DNA of 64,000 nt, from positions 39,866,001 to 39,930,000 of the forward strand of contig OX597819.1 in the NCBI GenBank assembly GCA_951406725.2, read 5' to 3'. Position 1 is the stretch's first letter. Every line of letters begins with the position of its first letter. Below are positions 42,416-55,960 of the stretch, one piece after another. Under the pieces are notes generated by a model. The model did no database searches and was not told the origin of the DNA. It saw only the letters and a list, made by a program, of their open reading frames with translations. A program made the position numbers and the translations under genes. The stretch comes from Octopus vulgaris. Its lineage: Eukaryota.

Positions 42416-42744
42416 CGTGTGTGTGTGTACGTGTGTGTTAGATCCTATAGTTAAATCTCAGGGCTCTCACTGTCTAACGACCGAGTGAGATTGGGCCCCC
42501 GCTCCCATCGATTTGAAAACTTTAGATTCATAAATTCACTTCTGAGATTACTATAAAGCAATAGTGATCACTACAATAGACAATATAAGCTGCAACGGGT
42601 TAGGTTTTAACTAATATAACACTGCACACTCGGCTGTTTGCAGTGTTATATTATATTAATTATATAATATAATATATTATATTATATTAATTATATAATA
42701 TAATATATTATATTATATTATATTAATTAAATGGCTCACCAGCA

Positions 42745-43077
42745 TCTCTATATATATAAACGGCAAAATGTCTGTGTATGTATCCTTTATGCAAATCCAC
42801 AATGTTTTAGTTAGAGGGCTCGCACTTTCTATGGTCATTCAAAACCGTCCAAGGGTAGTGGTACCTATCTTTACATTTCCCCAGTCACCCTGCAAAGCCA
42901 TTAAAAAATCAATAGAAGTGACTTTTTGTGAATTTTCTATCCAAAACCCAATCAAAATGCCCGAAACTTGATACGCCAATTGAGATTTGGACAGTACTCG
43001 CGTGTATGTGCGCACGTACGCAGCTGTTTATGCATGCACTAGCACTATGACCCGGCGTTGTCGGGTCATAGTGCTAG
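42745..43077 (+). mobile_element. Non-autonomous Helitron-like element
   Basis: a|TC start; CTAGCACTATGACCCGGC..GTCGGGTCATAGTGCTAG|t terminal hairpin. Confidence 0.75.
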
Positions 43078-43115
43078 TAGTGTATATAAGATTACGCTTG
43101 TAAATATACTTATAA

Positions 43116-43445
43116 CCATCCATCCATCCATTCCTTTATATTATCCGCCAACTGTTTCCGGAAGGGTCGTGGGAGCAGAGTCTTCAAGCACTTCATCCAT
43201 AAGGTGTTATCAGATGCAACCGTCATTACAGCTTCTGAATGGACTCCAAAACATGACCAACTGAGACTGTGGATATTATCCAACCATCTCATTCTTGATC
43301 TACCCCCAGATCTCCTGCCGGGTGGTTCGGCTTGAAAAATCCGTCTTACGATACTTTTCTGCAACATTCTAATCGCATGTCCATACTACTGGAGCTATGA
43401 CTTCTCAATGTGGAGAACTAGCGGCTCAACCTGGAGAGACTCTTT
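43116..43445 (-). pseudogene. RTE (BovB-like) LINE 3' end with (GGAT)n tail
   Basis: GRRSGGRSRMRWLDNI motif; upstream KS*LQ*YGHAIR. Confidence 0.7.
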
Positions 43446-43881
43446 GATCATATCTTTAATAAATATCTTAGAAAGCTTTACTGAGCAAACTTTATTTATC
43501 AAAATGTTTAAAAGCATTTTCCATAGAAAATATAGGGATATACCCTATAAAGATTTTCAACGGCATCTTTAATCATTGTTTTACCCCCAAATTAGTGGTT
43601 TTTGTTGAAGCCTTATTGTCTGAAAGTAGTTAGTTATTAGTCAGTATTTTCATATAGAGAAAGTGTCCATAATGTAGGAAACAAAATGAAAACCAAGTGA
43701 TGTTAAAAGAACTACCACTAGGAAAATCGTTCGGAGTTCACATTCTCCTTTTTTCTCTTTTTTCTTTCAAGTAGGATGGTTGTCATATTTAAAAAAAAAG
43801 TATATTCATAGTGAAAAAAATCATTTATTTTTAGTACATCTAAATTTTGTATGACACACGGTAAAACCAGAATAGTAATCT

Positions 43882-43944
<63 letters not shown>

Positions 43945-43947
<3 letters not shown>

Positions 43948-44106
43948 CGCAGGAGCGGCTGTGTGATAAGAAGCTTGCTTACGAACCACATGGTTCCGGG
44001 TTCAGATCCACTGCGTGGCGCCTTGTACAAGTGTCTTCTACTATAGCTTCGGGCCGACCAAAGTTTGTGAATGGATTTGGTAGACGAAAACTGAAAGAAG
44101 CATTTC

Positions 44107-44169
<63 letters not shown>

Positions 44170-44447
44170 TATGCGCGCGCGTGTGTGTGTGTATGTTTGA
44201 CCCCACCATCTTTTGTATTAATGTGTGTCTACTTGTGTACTTGTGTCTGCTTGTCTACCCACAATCACTTGGCAGCCGATGTTGTTGTGTTTACGTCCCT
44301 GTAACTTAGCGGTTCGGCAAAAGGGACCGATAGAAAATAAGTACTAGGCTTACAAAGAATGCGTCCTGGAGTCATTTTGTTCGACTAAAGGCGGTGCTTC
44401 AGCATGGCTGAAGTCAAATGACTAAAACAAGTAAAAAAGTAAAAGAG
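43945..44447 (+). mobile_element. SINE family A
   Basis: Head, core and tail. Confidence 0.8.
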
Positions 44448-45783
44448 CAAAAGGATAAATATGTGTTTGCTGCATTTCGTAATTACATCTTAACGACATG
44501 GGGAAATCCAAGGCGATTGCTTAGATGCTGTTGAAAATCATCTCAAGTAGATGCAAACCACACTAAAATGGCGTTCAGGAAATCTAAAATTCAGTCAAGT
44601 TTTAGTTATCATGTACACACAGCAGATAACGGAAAAAAATTATTGTTCCCTTACTAGGCGGATATGTACATGGCAGCTTGACCTAGGTTTTAGAAAGAGG
44701 TTAATATTTGAATGTAAAACACGGTTGATTTCCTGTAAAAGTTTCTGTTGATTATATATATAATCTCTGCTCTCCTTATCTCTACTCACAAGGGAGGTGC
44801 TTCAAAGTGGCCTTAGCTGTGATTATTGAAACAAACTGAAAAACTAAATATAGAACATAATCCCTCATAGACTCACATACATCTCAGTATATAACCGTTG
44901 TTTGCTTATTCTGAATATTCTCTGAGGCAACAATCGAGATTGCTGAAGATTTCACTTGTCACAGCAATACTTCTATGGTTTTTAATTCTGTCATGCGATT
45001 AAAAAGGAATTAAAATAGAACAATGTCAAATATTTATTAACATATAATCTACTATAGAAAACCTTGAATCCTTACGACTCTTGGTAGAAGAAAACATTTT
45101 CAACACTTCCACATGAATATTAAACGTATTAGTAAAAATATTTTTGATTTCGTTTTTGGATTTGGTTTGCAAGATTCTTTACATGATTTCGTGTGTTGAA
45201 GCATATTCTGTTGTGTCTGGGGAGAGTCATTTTCTTTTTGTGCCTTATAATGTAACACAGTCAAGACTATTGAAAAGGTTGGAAGACGCAACGAAAATTT
45301 TAGGAAAATAAAAATAAGAAAAAAGTGGAAATTTTACCGGTGAGTGTGTTACATTATAAGGCACAAAAAGAAAATGACTCTCCCCAGACACAACAAAATA
45401 TTTTTTATTTGAGTTTCCTATATCTCGGTTAATAGCCAATACATAGAAATGGAATGAGGCTAAAAACATCATACAGCGTCTAAGATAAAACGACACTAAA
45501 CTGTGTGAGAAATAAATATTTCTCTACAAAATCCTTTAATACTCATCCAAGGTTTACATAAACCATGGATGGCCACAGCACCGAAATATCTGATTGTTGA
45601 AAAACAGAAGAAGACAGAAGATGGAAAGAGCAAAAAAGAGAATAGCCGAATCAGATAGAAAAACATAGTCCAGAATTATTAACACAGGCATAACGATAAA
45701 AACACCCATCCTCGTAATATAAATATATTGAAGTTAAAGCTAACATTATCGACTTTATCCACACCACTTATCAGGATGATGTA

Positions 45784-46976
45784 TCAAGTCATCCCATAAT
45801 TTCTGTCCGATTTTACCTGTATTAAAATTGAATGAAATTTAATAGTATTTTAGAATGTTTAGTGGAATTAAAAATTATTTTTATGCATTTGTGTACATTT
45901 AAACTAATTAAATATTATTTTACAGAATAATAAAATTAAAATTTCTTCTAACATGAAAGTATCCAAAGAGCATTTGAGGCACACAATGCTTTATGAGTAC
46001 AAAAAAGGAAACTCTGCAGCCGAAGCGACTCGAAACATACACTCAATTAATGGGATAGAATGTTTGAATGAAAGAACTTGCAGAAGATGGTTTGCAAAAT
46101 TCAGAAGTGTAGATTTCAGCCTTGAAGATGAAGCTCGAACAGGACATCCAGTTGAGTTTGATGATAAGCTCCTTGAGGTATTACTTGAAGAAAATCCTGT
46201 ATTATCAGTTGAAGAATTAGCAATAACGCTTAGTTCAAACCATACAACTGTTCATCATCATCTTCAACAACTTGGAAAGGTTCCTAAACTTGAAAAATGG
46301 GTGCCTCATGAATTGTCTGAAAGCAACCGCAAATCACGAGTTGACATCTGCTCTTCTCTCCATTCTCGCGAACTCATTTCACCCTTTTCTATAGACTTTT
46401 GACTGATCAAGAAAAATGGACCTTCTATCGAAATGTTAAACGTCGTAAACAGTGGCTTGGTAAAAGGGAAAAGGCTCAACCACAACCGAGAAGGGAGCTT
46501 CATGGAAAAAAGTTCTCTCTATTTGGTGGGATTGCGAAGGAGTAATTCACTTTGAATTGTTACCACCTAATGCAACAATCAATGCTCAAGTCTACTGTCA
46601 GCAATGAGAGCATTTGAACCAAGCTTTGAAGAAAAAAAGAATCGTTTTAGTGAATCGAAAAGGATTGATATTTCATCAGGACAATGCGCGACCTCACACT
46701 GCAAAGATCACATCACAGAAGATTGAAGAGCTTGGTTGGGTAAAAATTCCTCATCCACCTTATTATCCTGACCTTGCTCCTTCAGACTACCATTTGTTTC
46801 GTAGTTTACAGAATCATTTGGGGTACATATCTTTTGCAAGCCAGGAGGAGGTCGAAACTGACATTTCAGAGTTCTTCGCTTTGAAACTAAAAGAGTTTTA
46901 CATTGATGGGATTAAAAAGCTTGTAAATAGATGGAAGGAAGTCCTAGATAGTCATGGAAAGTACATTGATGATTAA
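45784..46976 (+). pseudogene. Mariner (DD34D) transposon; nearly full-length transposase pseudogene 45953-46976
   Basis: HTH, WVPHEL, HQDNARPH, HPPYYPDLAPSDYHLF; frameshifts and a stop at 46400-46610; left TIR ta|TCAAGTCATCCCATAATTTCTGTCCG; right TIR not seen. Confidence 0.9.
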
Positions 46977-47044
46977 ATTTCAATTAAATATAACATTTGA
47001 TCATTTATCTTTAATCTTCATTATATATCACTGAGTTCTCCGGC

Positions 47045-47107
<63 letters not shown>

Positions 47108-47142
47108 GCTTTATATATATATGTGTGTGTATGTGTGTATAC

Positions 47143-47612
47143 ATAATGGAGAAATTGTACAAAATGTAATAGATGATGAGTAAAGGACTGTCACAATTTC
47201 GATTACTTGTTATCCGTAGATTATTTGCAGGAAATTCGTAGATGGAATGTGTAATAGACTTCATTGGGTACAACACATGTTTCGACCCTTTCTAGGTCTC
47301 TTCAGATACATCAATAAAAAGTCTCACTATCATCTTCCTTTTGTTTCTCTTAACAGTTACAACAGCGAAAGCTCATTACGTCATTTTCTCTAACCTAGAA
47401 TGTATACTTTCCATGTTCATGTTAGAATTTTTTGCGTTTCAATAATTATTCTCTGATTTTACTCATTCTCGAATTTGATGGACATATAGCGGTACTTAAA
47501 CCGACTCATGAAATATCTAGTGAAACTTTTTATTGATGTACTTGAAGAGACCCAAGACGGGTCGAAACATATGTTGCACTCAATAACGTCTATTACACAT
47601 TCCATCTCCTAT
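47143..47612. mobile_element. Small PLE-type fold-back element with two opposed HHRs
   Basis: IR 47240-47329/47518-47607; HHR (-) 47268-47309 gtat CTGAAGA gacc..ggtc GAAAC atgt GTT gtac; degenerate HHR (+) 47538-47579. Confidence 0.7.
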
Positions 47613-47728
47613 CTATATATATATATATATGTATATATGTGTATATGTATGTATGTATTTATATATATATATATATATATGTGTATATATACATATATGT
47701 CTATATTGTGTATGTGTGTGTGTGTGTG

Positions 47729-47774
<46 letters not shown>

Positions 47775-47913
47775 CTGAGTTTGATTTGAAAACCCCGCTA
47801 GAATGGGAGAAAGCGCTAATGATCTAAGTGATATGATATATATAAAATGTAATATATAAATAAATATCTGTAAATATAAACCATCCGATCTTCTGAGTAC
47901 CTCATTTCTTCTA

Positions 47914-48008
<95 letters not shown>

Positions 48009-48010
48009 CA

Positions 48011-48802
48011 TTGGGTTATCCGGAAAGTTCGTGCCGATTTATAGTAACTTATTTTTCGACTTGTTTTAGAACATGGTTGAGTCCATAAAATAGGATTTTA
48101 CTACACCTCCATTTAGAGCACAGTTTAAGCTATCCTATAACCTGTGTTAATTCTGTAACCCTTTAAAATGGAAGATAAGAAAGTTAATTTTCGGCACTTG
48201 ATGCTTTTCTCTTTTTTGTGAAGGGAAAAATGCATCACAAGCAACCAAAGAAATATGCGCAGTTTACGGTGATCTTTCTTAATACGAAAGAAGTGTACGG
48301 AAGTGTTTCGCAAGGTTCTGAGCTGGAGATTGTGGCCTTATTGATAAAGAGTGATCAGGCAGACTATTCACTATTGATGATGACCAGATCAAGTCATTAA
48401 TTGAGAATACCCCACATTGCACAACCCGAGAATTGGCAGAAAGCCTCAACCTATCAAAATCTATCGTTTATGAGCATCTGGTACACATCGCTACGATGTT
48501 TGGGTACCACATGAGTTGAGTGAGAAGAACCTTTTGGATAGCATTTCCATCTGTGATTCGCTTTATAAACGGAATGAAAACGCGCCTTTTTAAAGCAAAT
48601 TGTGACAGGTGATGAGAAATGGATTATCTACCGAAATGTTCAGAGAAAGCGATCCTGGAGTAAGCGACATGAGCCACCCTTAGCCACCCCAAAAGCGGGT
48701 CTTCACCCTAAAAATGTCTTGCTTTGTGTCTGGTGGGATTGGAAAGGAATTCTGTACTATGAGCTTCTCCCAAGTAACCAGACAATTAATTCTGAGAAGA
48801 CT
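48011..48802 (+). pseudogene. Second mariner element, 3'-truncated and decayed
   Basis: TIR TTGGGTTATCCGGAAAGTTCGTGCCG; WVPHEL at ~48501; TGDEKWIIY; LCVWWDWKG. Confidence 0.85.
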
Positions 48803-49222
48803 GCTGGTCTTCCATAAACAACCGGGACTTGTGCCTCGGAGGGTAACTTTCTAGGTGCAATCACATGGTCATTCGTGACCGAAGGCGGTCTCCGACTTTC
48901 CTATTTATTAGGTGGTGTATGCAGTTGGCTAGGGACGTGGATTTGCTATGTTCTTCATATTCAAATGAGCTTTGATATGCAGAATGTTTCTATTTAAAAT
49001 TAATAGTAGACCTGATGTAGTAACAAGTAAAATTATGTAATATGTTGTGTACAATGCATTTATATAATCTACGTTAAACCTTCTGCAGCGGGCATTCGAT
49101 CCCGGATCGGCAGTTGCAACTACCTGTCTTACGCAGATGGAGAGGGAAGATGTACTATATATGGATAAATTAAAGTTAAGAGTAACTAGGGGATTGGCTC
49201 GTATCATTATTATTGCTGTTAT

Positions 49223-49422
<200 letters not shown>

Positions 49423-49789
49423 ACAGCCGTACTCCAACCTTCCTCGGAAGCGGGGATATTCGCATCCTGGTTTGTGCTAGTTATAGTGCTATGGTTATGA
49501 GCGTAGTCTATGTTATCATGTTCGACGCTAGTGTTTTCGCTGTTATTGGCCTATGTTATGATTATATATATTTAAGTAGTAGGAATTTTGAGTACGCTTA
49601 TTGGATGAGGTAACAATAGATTCTATGTTGGGCGGAGAGGAGTAAGATAATTTCAGAGTAGATCTGTTGAAGATTGAATGGCACTTATGGTGACGCGGGA
49701 AAAGGTTTTAGCTAATCTCTTAACATTTAAAGCGAATGTGGTGGGGATGAACCAGAGAATCGATCTCCCCCGTTTTTATTAGGCAATGT

Positions 49790-50094
49790 CACCGTGACCG
49801 TGACCGACCAGTCTATCAGATGCTGCTACACATCGCTGGTCACAATGCGCTTCGCATTGTTTTAGCCTTCAAATGACGCCACCCCGCTGGCTAAGCGAGC
49901 AGACCAACAGGGGAAAGAGAGAAAGTTGTGGCGAAAGAGTAAAGGCAGGGATCGCCACCACCCCCTGCCGGAGCCTCGTGGAGCTATAGGTGTTTTCGCT
50001 CAATAAACACTCACAACGCCCGGTTTGGGAATCGAAACCGCGATCCTACGACCGCGAGTCCGCTGTCCCAACCACTGGGCCATTACGCCTCCAC
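49790..50094 (-). mobile_element. SINE family C with 12-bp TSD
   Basis: TSD ATTAGGCAATGT at 49778-49789 and 50095-50106; tRNA-like head. Confidence 0.85.
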
Positions 50095-50400
50095 ATTAGG
50101 CAATGTAGGGGAAGTATAATCTGTAGTATTTGTTAGAGGAAAGTTGCAGGATTCAATGTAGTTTATCTGTTTGAATTTCGACCGAGTGTTATACGGGTGA
50201 GCGCAGGACGGACGAGAACATTTCATTCGAGGTCCTTCTATGTTTCTAGCGTGGGTTTTGGTTTTTCTATCTAAATTGGGAGGGTTAATGTGTCTTTTAG
50301 TGGGGCATGTCTCCACGGGCTGAGTTCAGAGATGTGTTTTTTAAGCCTAGTGTTTGCTATTAATTTCATTTGCTAGGAGAAGTCGCTAGCGGCTTGTTAT

Positions 50401-50575
50401 GTTCTCATTAATCTAGCCGCTAGATTAGTATTGTTTTGTTCTCATTAATCTAGCCGCTAGATTAGTATTGTTTTGTTCTCATTAATCTAGCCGCTAGATT
50501 AGTATTGTTTTGTTCTCATTAATCTAGCCGCTAGATTAGTATTGTTTTGATCTCATTATTCTAGCTGCTAGCGGC
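50401..50575. repeat. 37-bp tandem repeat, 4 copies plus a partial, each with an internal hairpin
   Basis: GTTCTCATTAATCTAGCCGCTAGATTAGTATTGTTTT at 50401, 50438, 50475 and 50512. Confidence 0.9.
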
Positions 50576-50803
50576 TGGTTGTAGTATTGAAGATTTCTTC
50601 CGTGGCTGAAAGATCCGATATCCGGATAGATATGCCTTTGGTTATACTATCGAAGGCAGATTTATGGTGATTAGAATCTATGTTAATGTATCTGAGTAAT
50701 GATTAGGTTCATGGTAGGGTGAGATTCCATGGTATGTCGGTTAATGGTATGTGAAATTCCACTGCGAATTTCCTTGTCTAGAACTTTCATATATATTCAC
50801 CTT

Positions 50804-50879
50804 GTCTCTGATGACGGAATAGCCAGTGTACAGACATGCTAGCCTATCACTTGAGATATCCCAGAAACAGCTGTAAGAC
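50804..50879 (+). ncRNA. Type-I hammerhead ribozyme
   Basis: gtct CTGATGA cgga...tccca GAAAC agct GTA^ agac. Confidence 0.75.
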
Positions 50880-50983
50880 TTTAAATTAACCTTACCCTAA
50901 TTAAATAATTATAAATGACTTGAGATGCTTGTCCTGCCTTGGTTTTTGATGTCCTTTGTAGCTAATATAACTATATATTTATA

Positions 50984-51176
50984 TACTTTCTTTTATTGGT
51001 TTCAGTCATTTGACTATGGCCATGCTGAAGCACCACCGCTAGACGAACAAATCGACCTCATGACTTATTATTTGTAAGCCTAGTACTTATTCTATCAGTC
51101 ACTTTTGAAGAACTGCTAAGTTACGAGGATGTAAACACACCAACATCGGTTATCAAGCGATGGGGGGGACAAACAT

Positions 51177-51246
<70 letters not shown>

Positions 51247-51365
51247 GACGAGCTTCCTTCAGTTTCCGTGTACCAAATCCACTCACAAGATACTTGCCCA
51301 AGGTGTTACGCAGTGGGACTGAACCCGGAACCATGTGGTTGGAAAGCAAGCTTCTTACCACATAA
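50984..51365 (-). mobile_element. SINE family A
   Basis: Tail, core and head. Confidence 0.8.
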
Positions 51366-52185
51366 ACATAACCCAAAATTTTCACAACTGTCTAAACACT
51401 TATTCTTTATTGAACTATTAGAATAATCTGTTAAAATCTTTCTTACTTTTCTGGAAAGACTTATTATGTAAACTCAATGATTGAAAGACTCGAATATAAA
51501 AAAAAAGTAGCTGGAGTATCAATAGCCTTCTACGGCTTTGTTATTACCTCTTGAAAATTTCTGAAATAAAGAATATGTCAAATTCTATCAGTAGAGACCT
51601 CACTTTAGTCAATTTGTTCCTTCTGTTTCATAGTTTCCCTACATGGATCAGCAGGTGCCATCTTAACAACATAATAGGCTCCCGGGGGGAATCATTGCAC
51701 TGGGCCCTATAGTAATTATTTATTGACGAAAAACCACAGCATACATCGATTAGAAGTGAACCTTGGGTTCGTGAGGCCCTCCAGCATCTACTCAGTGTGT
51801 CCATGCCTTGAGATGACATTGTGTATCAGCTAAAACTAGATAAATGAGAACAAAATAAAGCTCTCACTAAGCACTCAACAATTTACTAAAAACCAATAAT
51901 GTACAAATTAACCTTATTAGTATCTTATTTGGGTATTTTTATTTTAGCAACAAGAACTAAATATTGAATGTTGAATCGTTTGTTCCTTTCGATGTATTAA
52001 CAATATAAGATTGCTTTATCACTTGAAATCAAAAGAGTCATTGAATCAGCTGAAAACATTTCTCCGCTCTGTAAGCTAATTTGGTCGGCGGAAACTGAAA
52101 ACAAGCCCGTCGTATATACGAAGGGTTGCTGAAAAGTTCCGGGCTTTGGGTAAAAGAAAATACAGGAAGATCAGTTAATTATGAT

Positions 52186-52223
<38 letters not shown>

Positions 52224-52254
52224 ATACACACACTCATACACTCATACACACACA

Positions 52255-52298
<44 letters not shown>

Positions 52299-52601
52299 AG
52301 GATACAATGCATGCGCACATAAGGATACACATCTTAGAAGAACAGAATGGAGAAAGTGGAGCAAGAACACACACGGAAGCCAAAAATGTCGCTGAAGGCT
52401 ACAGATATGTGACGAAAGATTTCCGGATAATGGACGTAAGTTAAAATAATAAACGAGTGAAGAAATACACACACACACACACATATATAGTGCATGTGTA
52501 TATTTGGCAATAAATAAATAAGTAAATAAAATGACAATCCCGAAATACAATGTATATATGAATGTATGTATGTATGTATGTATGTATGTATGTATATACA
52601 T

Positions 52602-52640
<39 letters not shown>

Positions 52641-52865
52641 ATGTGTATGTGCGTCTTTATGTTTGTGTTTGTCCCAAACAACATTGCTTGATGACCGATG
52701 TTCGTGTGTTTACGTTCCCGTAACTTGCTCGTTCGACAAAAGAGAGCGATAAAATAAGTACTAGGCTAACAACGAATAAGTCCTGGGGTCGAGTTCTCCG
52801 ACTATAACCTTTGAAGGCGGTGCTGCGGCATGGCCGCAGTCAAATGACTGAAACAAGTAAAAAAA

Positions 52866-53297
52866 ATCCTTTCTACTATAGGCACAATGCCTGAAATTTG
52901 GGGGAGGGGGATAGTTGACAACATCAACTCCAGTGCGTAACTGGTACTTAGTTTATCGACCTCGAAAAAGGATGAAAGCCAAAGTCAACCTCGGCGGAAT
53001 TTAAACTCAGAACTTTGCGGCAGACGAAATAGCACTAAGCATTTTGCCTGGCGTGCTAATGCTTCTTATTTCTTTATTGCCCACAAGGGGCTAAATATAG
53101 AGGGGACAAGCAAGGACAGACAAAGGGATTAAGTCGATTATATCGACTCCAGTGCGTAACTGGTACTTATCTAATCGACCCCGAAAGGATGAAAGGCAAA
53201 GTTGACCTCGGCGGAATTTGAACTCAGAACGTAGCAGCAGACGAAATACCGCTAAGCATTTCGCCCGTGTGCTAACGTTTCTGCCAGCTCACCGCCC
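52866..53297 (-). mobile_element. Two tandem SINE family B copies (others at 28143-28325 and 57147-57365)
   Basis: TCGACCCCGAAAGGATGAAAGGCAAAG core and GAATTTGAACTC B-box. Confidence 0.75.
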
Positions 53298-53939
53298 TTG
53301 AAGCAAGTAAAATAATAAAAGAATTTTTAAAATGTAGATATGTGTGTATGTATGTATGTGTTTGTGTGTGTGTGTGTGTGTTTGTCTGTGTGTGTGTGCT
53401 TGTCTGTGTGTGTGTGCTTGTCTGTGTGTGTGTGTGTGTGTGTTTGTCTGTGTGTGTGTGTGCTTGTCTGTGTGTGTGTGTGTGTATGTGTGTGTGTGTG
53501 TGTGTGTCTGTGTGTGTGTGCTTGTCTGTGTGTGTGTGATTGTCTGTGTGTGTGTGTTGTGTGTGTGTGTGTGTGTCTGTGTGTGTGTTTGTCTGTGTGT
53601 GTGTGTGAGTGTGTGTGTGTGTGTGCGTGCGCGCGTGTGTGTGTGTGTGTGTGTGTGTGCGTGTGTGCGTGCGTGTGTGGTGCTCATATATGTCAGAAGT
53701 ATATGAACACTAGGTTTGCATTAAATTATTGTAGTGAAAGCTAAAAAAGCCATTTCACCCGTGATCATCCATTCTTCATCGTATTTCTGACACATTGTGT
53801 CTGGAGTCAGATTAACAAGTGCGTTACTCGTTTCCGAAGGTAGCAGAGTATGCGCTGATGAAGATTTGGCTGCTACTATAAGCAGATCGAGAAACTAGTT
53901 ACAAGCCCTCTTCATTGTGTCGTTGCTTATAGCAAACAC

Positions 53940-54349
53940 GGATCTTTTCGGTTTGAACGGCAGGTGTTTCTAGCGGTGTCATATGAAATTGTCACCTATA
54001 ATTATGACCCTAGTATCGACCTATTTTAGGGTTAAGGTTAGTGAGAGTTAGGGGTGGAGGAAGGGTATCTTTTTTTCTTCACAAATGTAAATAAACCCAA
54101 TCTGTTTCTTAAATGAGGGACATATTCATACAGCACAGAATGTTGTTTACCTCAATAGACGTCACTGATTGGTTGAAATTGCAGAAATTGAAGAAAAAAA
54201 CAACAAATATCTTACAAACTATAGAATTTTCTCAATAAAGCCAAGAGAAAAAGATGTTTTATAAACACATTCTACCAGTATACGAAGTTTAAAATCTTTT
54301 AGTTACCTAGAAATTATGTTAAAAGCTGCCGTTCAAACCGAAAAGATCC
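53940..54349 (+). mobile_element. Merlin-like MITE, complete
   Basis: TIRs GGATCTTTTCGGTTTGAACGGCAG / CTGCCGTTCAAACCGAAAAGATCC; 8-bp TSD GCAAACAC at 53932-53939 and 54350-54357. Confidence 0.85.
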
Positions 54350-54776
54350 GCAAACACTTATACATTGTTTTCATACAGCGTTCACGCGATGTCTATATGA
54401 TTTTACAAAGTATGCCTTACATTTCAAACGTACGTATAGTTTCGTTTCAATAAACAAATTCTTTGTTTACTGACAATAATTGTTTACTTAAATTCGTAAA
54501 TGAACGTCATTGAAAATATCAAATTAAAGCACAAACAACTTTCACAACATCATCTCGAGTTAATAAAATTTAACTCAAACCGCCTGAAACATCAAATATT
54601 AAAAAACATAATGGTTTGTCTGCGTAAAACTGGAGGCATCGAAACAAATCGATAAGAACCAAACAAATAGTAATTTCGAAAGAAAAATAACATACCAAAT
54701 ACACACACACACGCACATACACACACACACACATACACATACATACATATATATATATGTACAAATATGTATGTGC

Positions 54777-54875
<99 letters not shown>

Positions 54876-55910
54876 GTACATATATATGGATAGATAGATA
54901 TGCACAGTATATATATACACCTATATATATGTGTGTATGTATGTATGTATATGTATGTATGAAAGTGCAGGAATGTATGTATGCATGTATGTATGTATGT
55001 GTGTATATATATATGTATGTATGTGGGGGTGAGAGTGAGGGTCTGGGTGAAAACAATAGTTTAGAGGGATTCATTTATATCATAATGAATTATTAAAACT
55101 TATATGAAGATAGACTATTATGAATTAATATAAATACAAAATTGTATTTCTGCGTGTCTGTTTGTTTGTGTGTGTGTGCGTGTGCGTGTGTGTGTGTGAC
55201 AGAGAATATGTCTGTGTGTATGCGCGCACGTAAGTATGTGCATCAAATAATTTGTTTTAAGAAAATATAAAATATTAATGATGAAAATAACTGGAGGCCT
55301 TCATACCTGGAGGCAAATATAGTATGAGAAGCCTAGGGAGACCTGGTAAATGACGTAAGTGAGGTATGTATGTATGTATGTATGTATGTATGTATGTATG
55401 TATGTATGTATGTATGTATGTATTATGTATGTACGTACGTATGTATGTATGTACGTATGTATGTATGTATGTATGCATGCATGTATGTATATATGTATGT
55501 ATGCACGTATGCATGCATGTATGTGTGTATGTATATGTGTGTATATTTATACGTGTGCGTGTGTATGTTTGTACTTACGTATGCATGCATCTTTGTAAGT
55601 TTGTAGCTGTGTGTGCATGTATTTGCTTGTATGTATGTGTGCGTATGTATGTACGTATTTATGTGTGTATGTATATATTTGTGGAAATATATGTGATAAT
55701 TATTTGTGTGAGTGAGTGTATGTAATTGTGTGAGTGTTGGTTTTTTTGCATGTGTTTATGTATTTCTGATGTACATGTATATGTGTGGGTGTGTGTGCGT
55801 GTGTAAATATCCATTTGCGCGCTCACACACACTAACACACATAGGATGAAGAAAAGCGGGAAAATTCATAATACAGCAAAACAAGTTTATATACATAAAC
55901 AGGAACTAAT

Positions 55911-55960
<50 letters not shown>

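Noticed and set aside
50401-50575. 37-bp palindromic repeats resembling a CRISPR array
   Set aside because: Head-to-tail with no spacers, eukaryotic context, no cas genes
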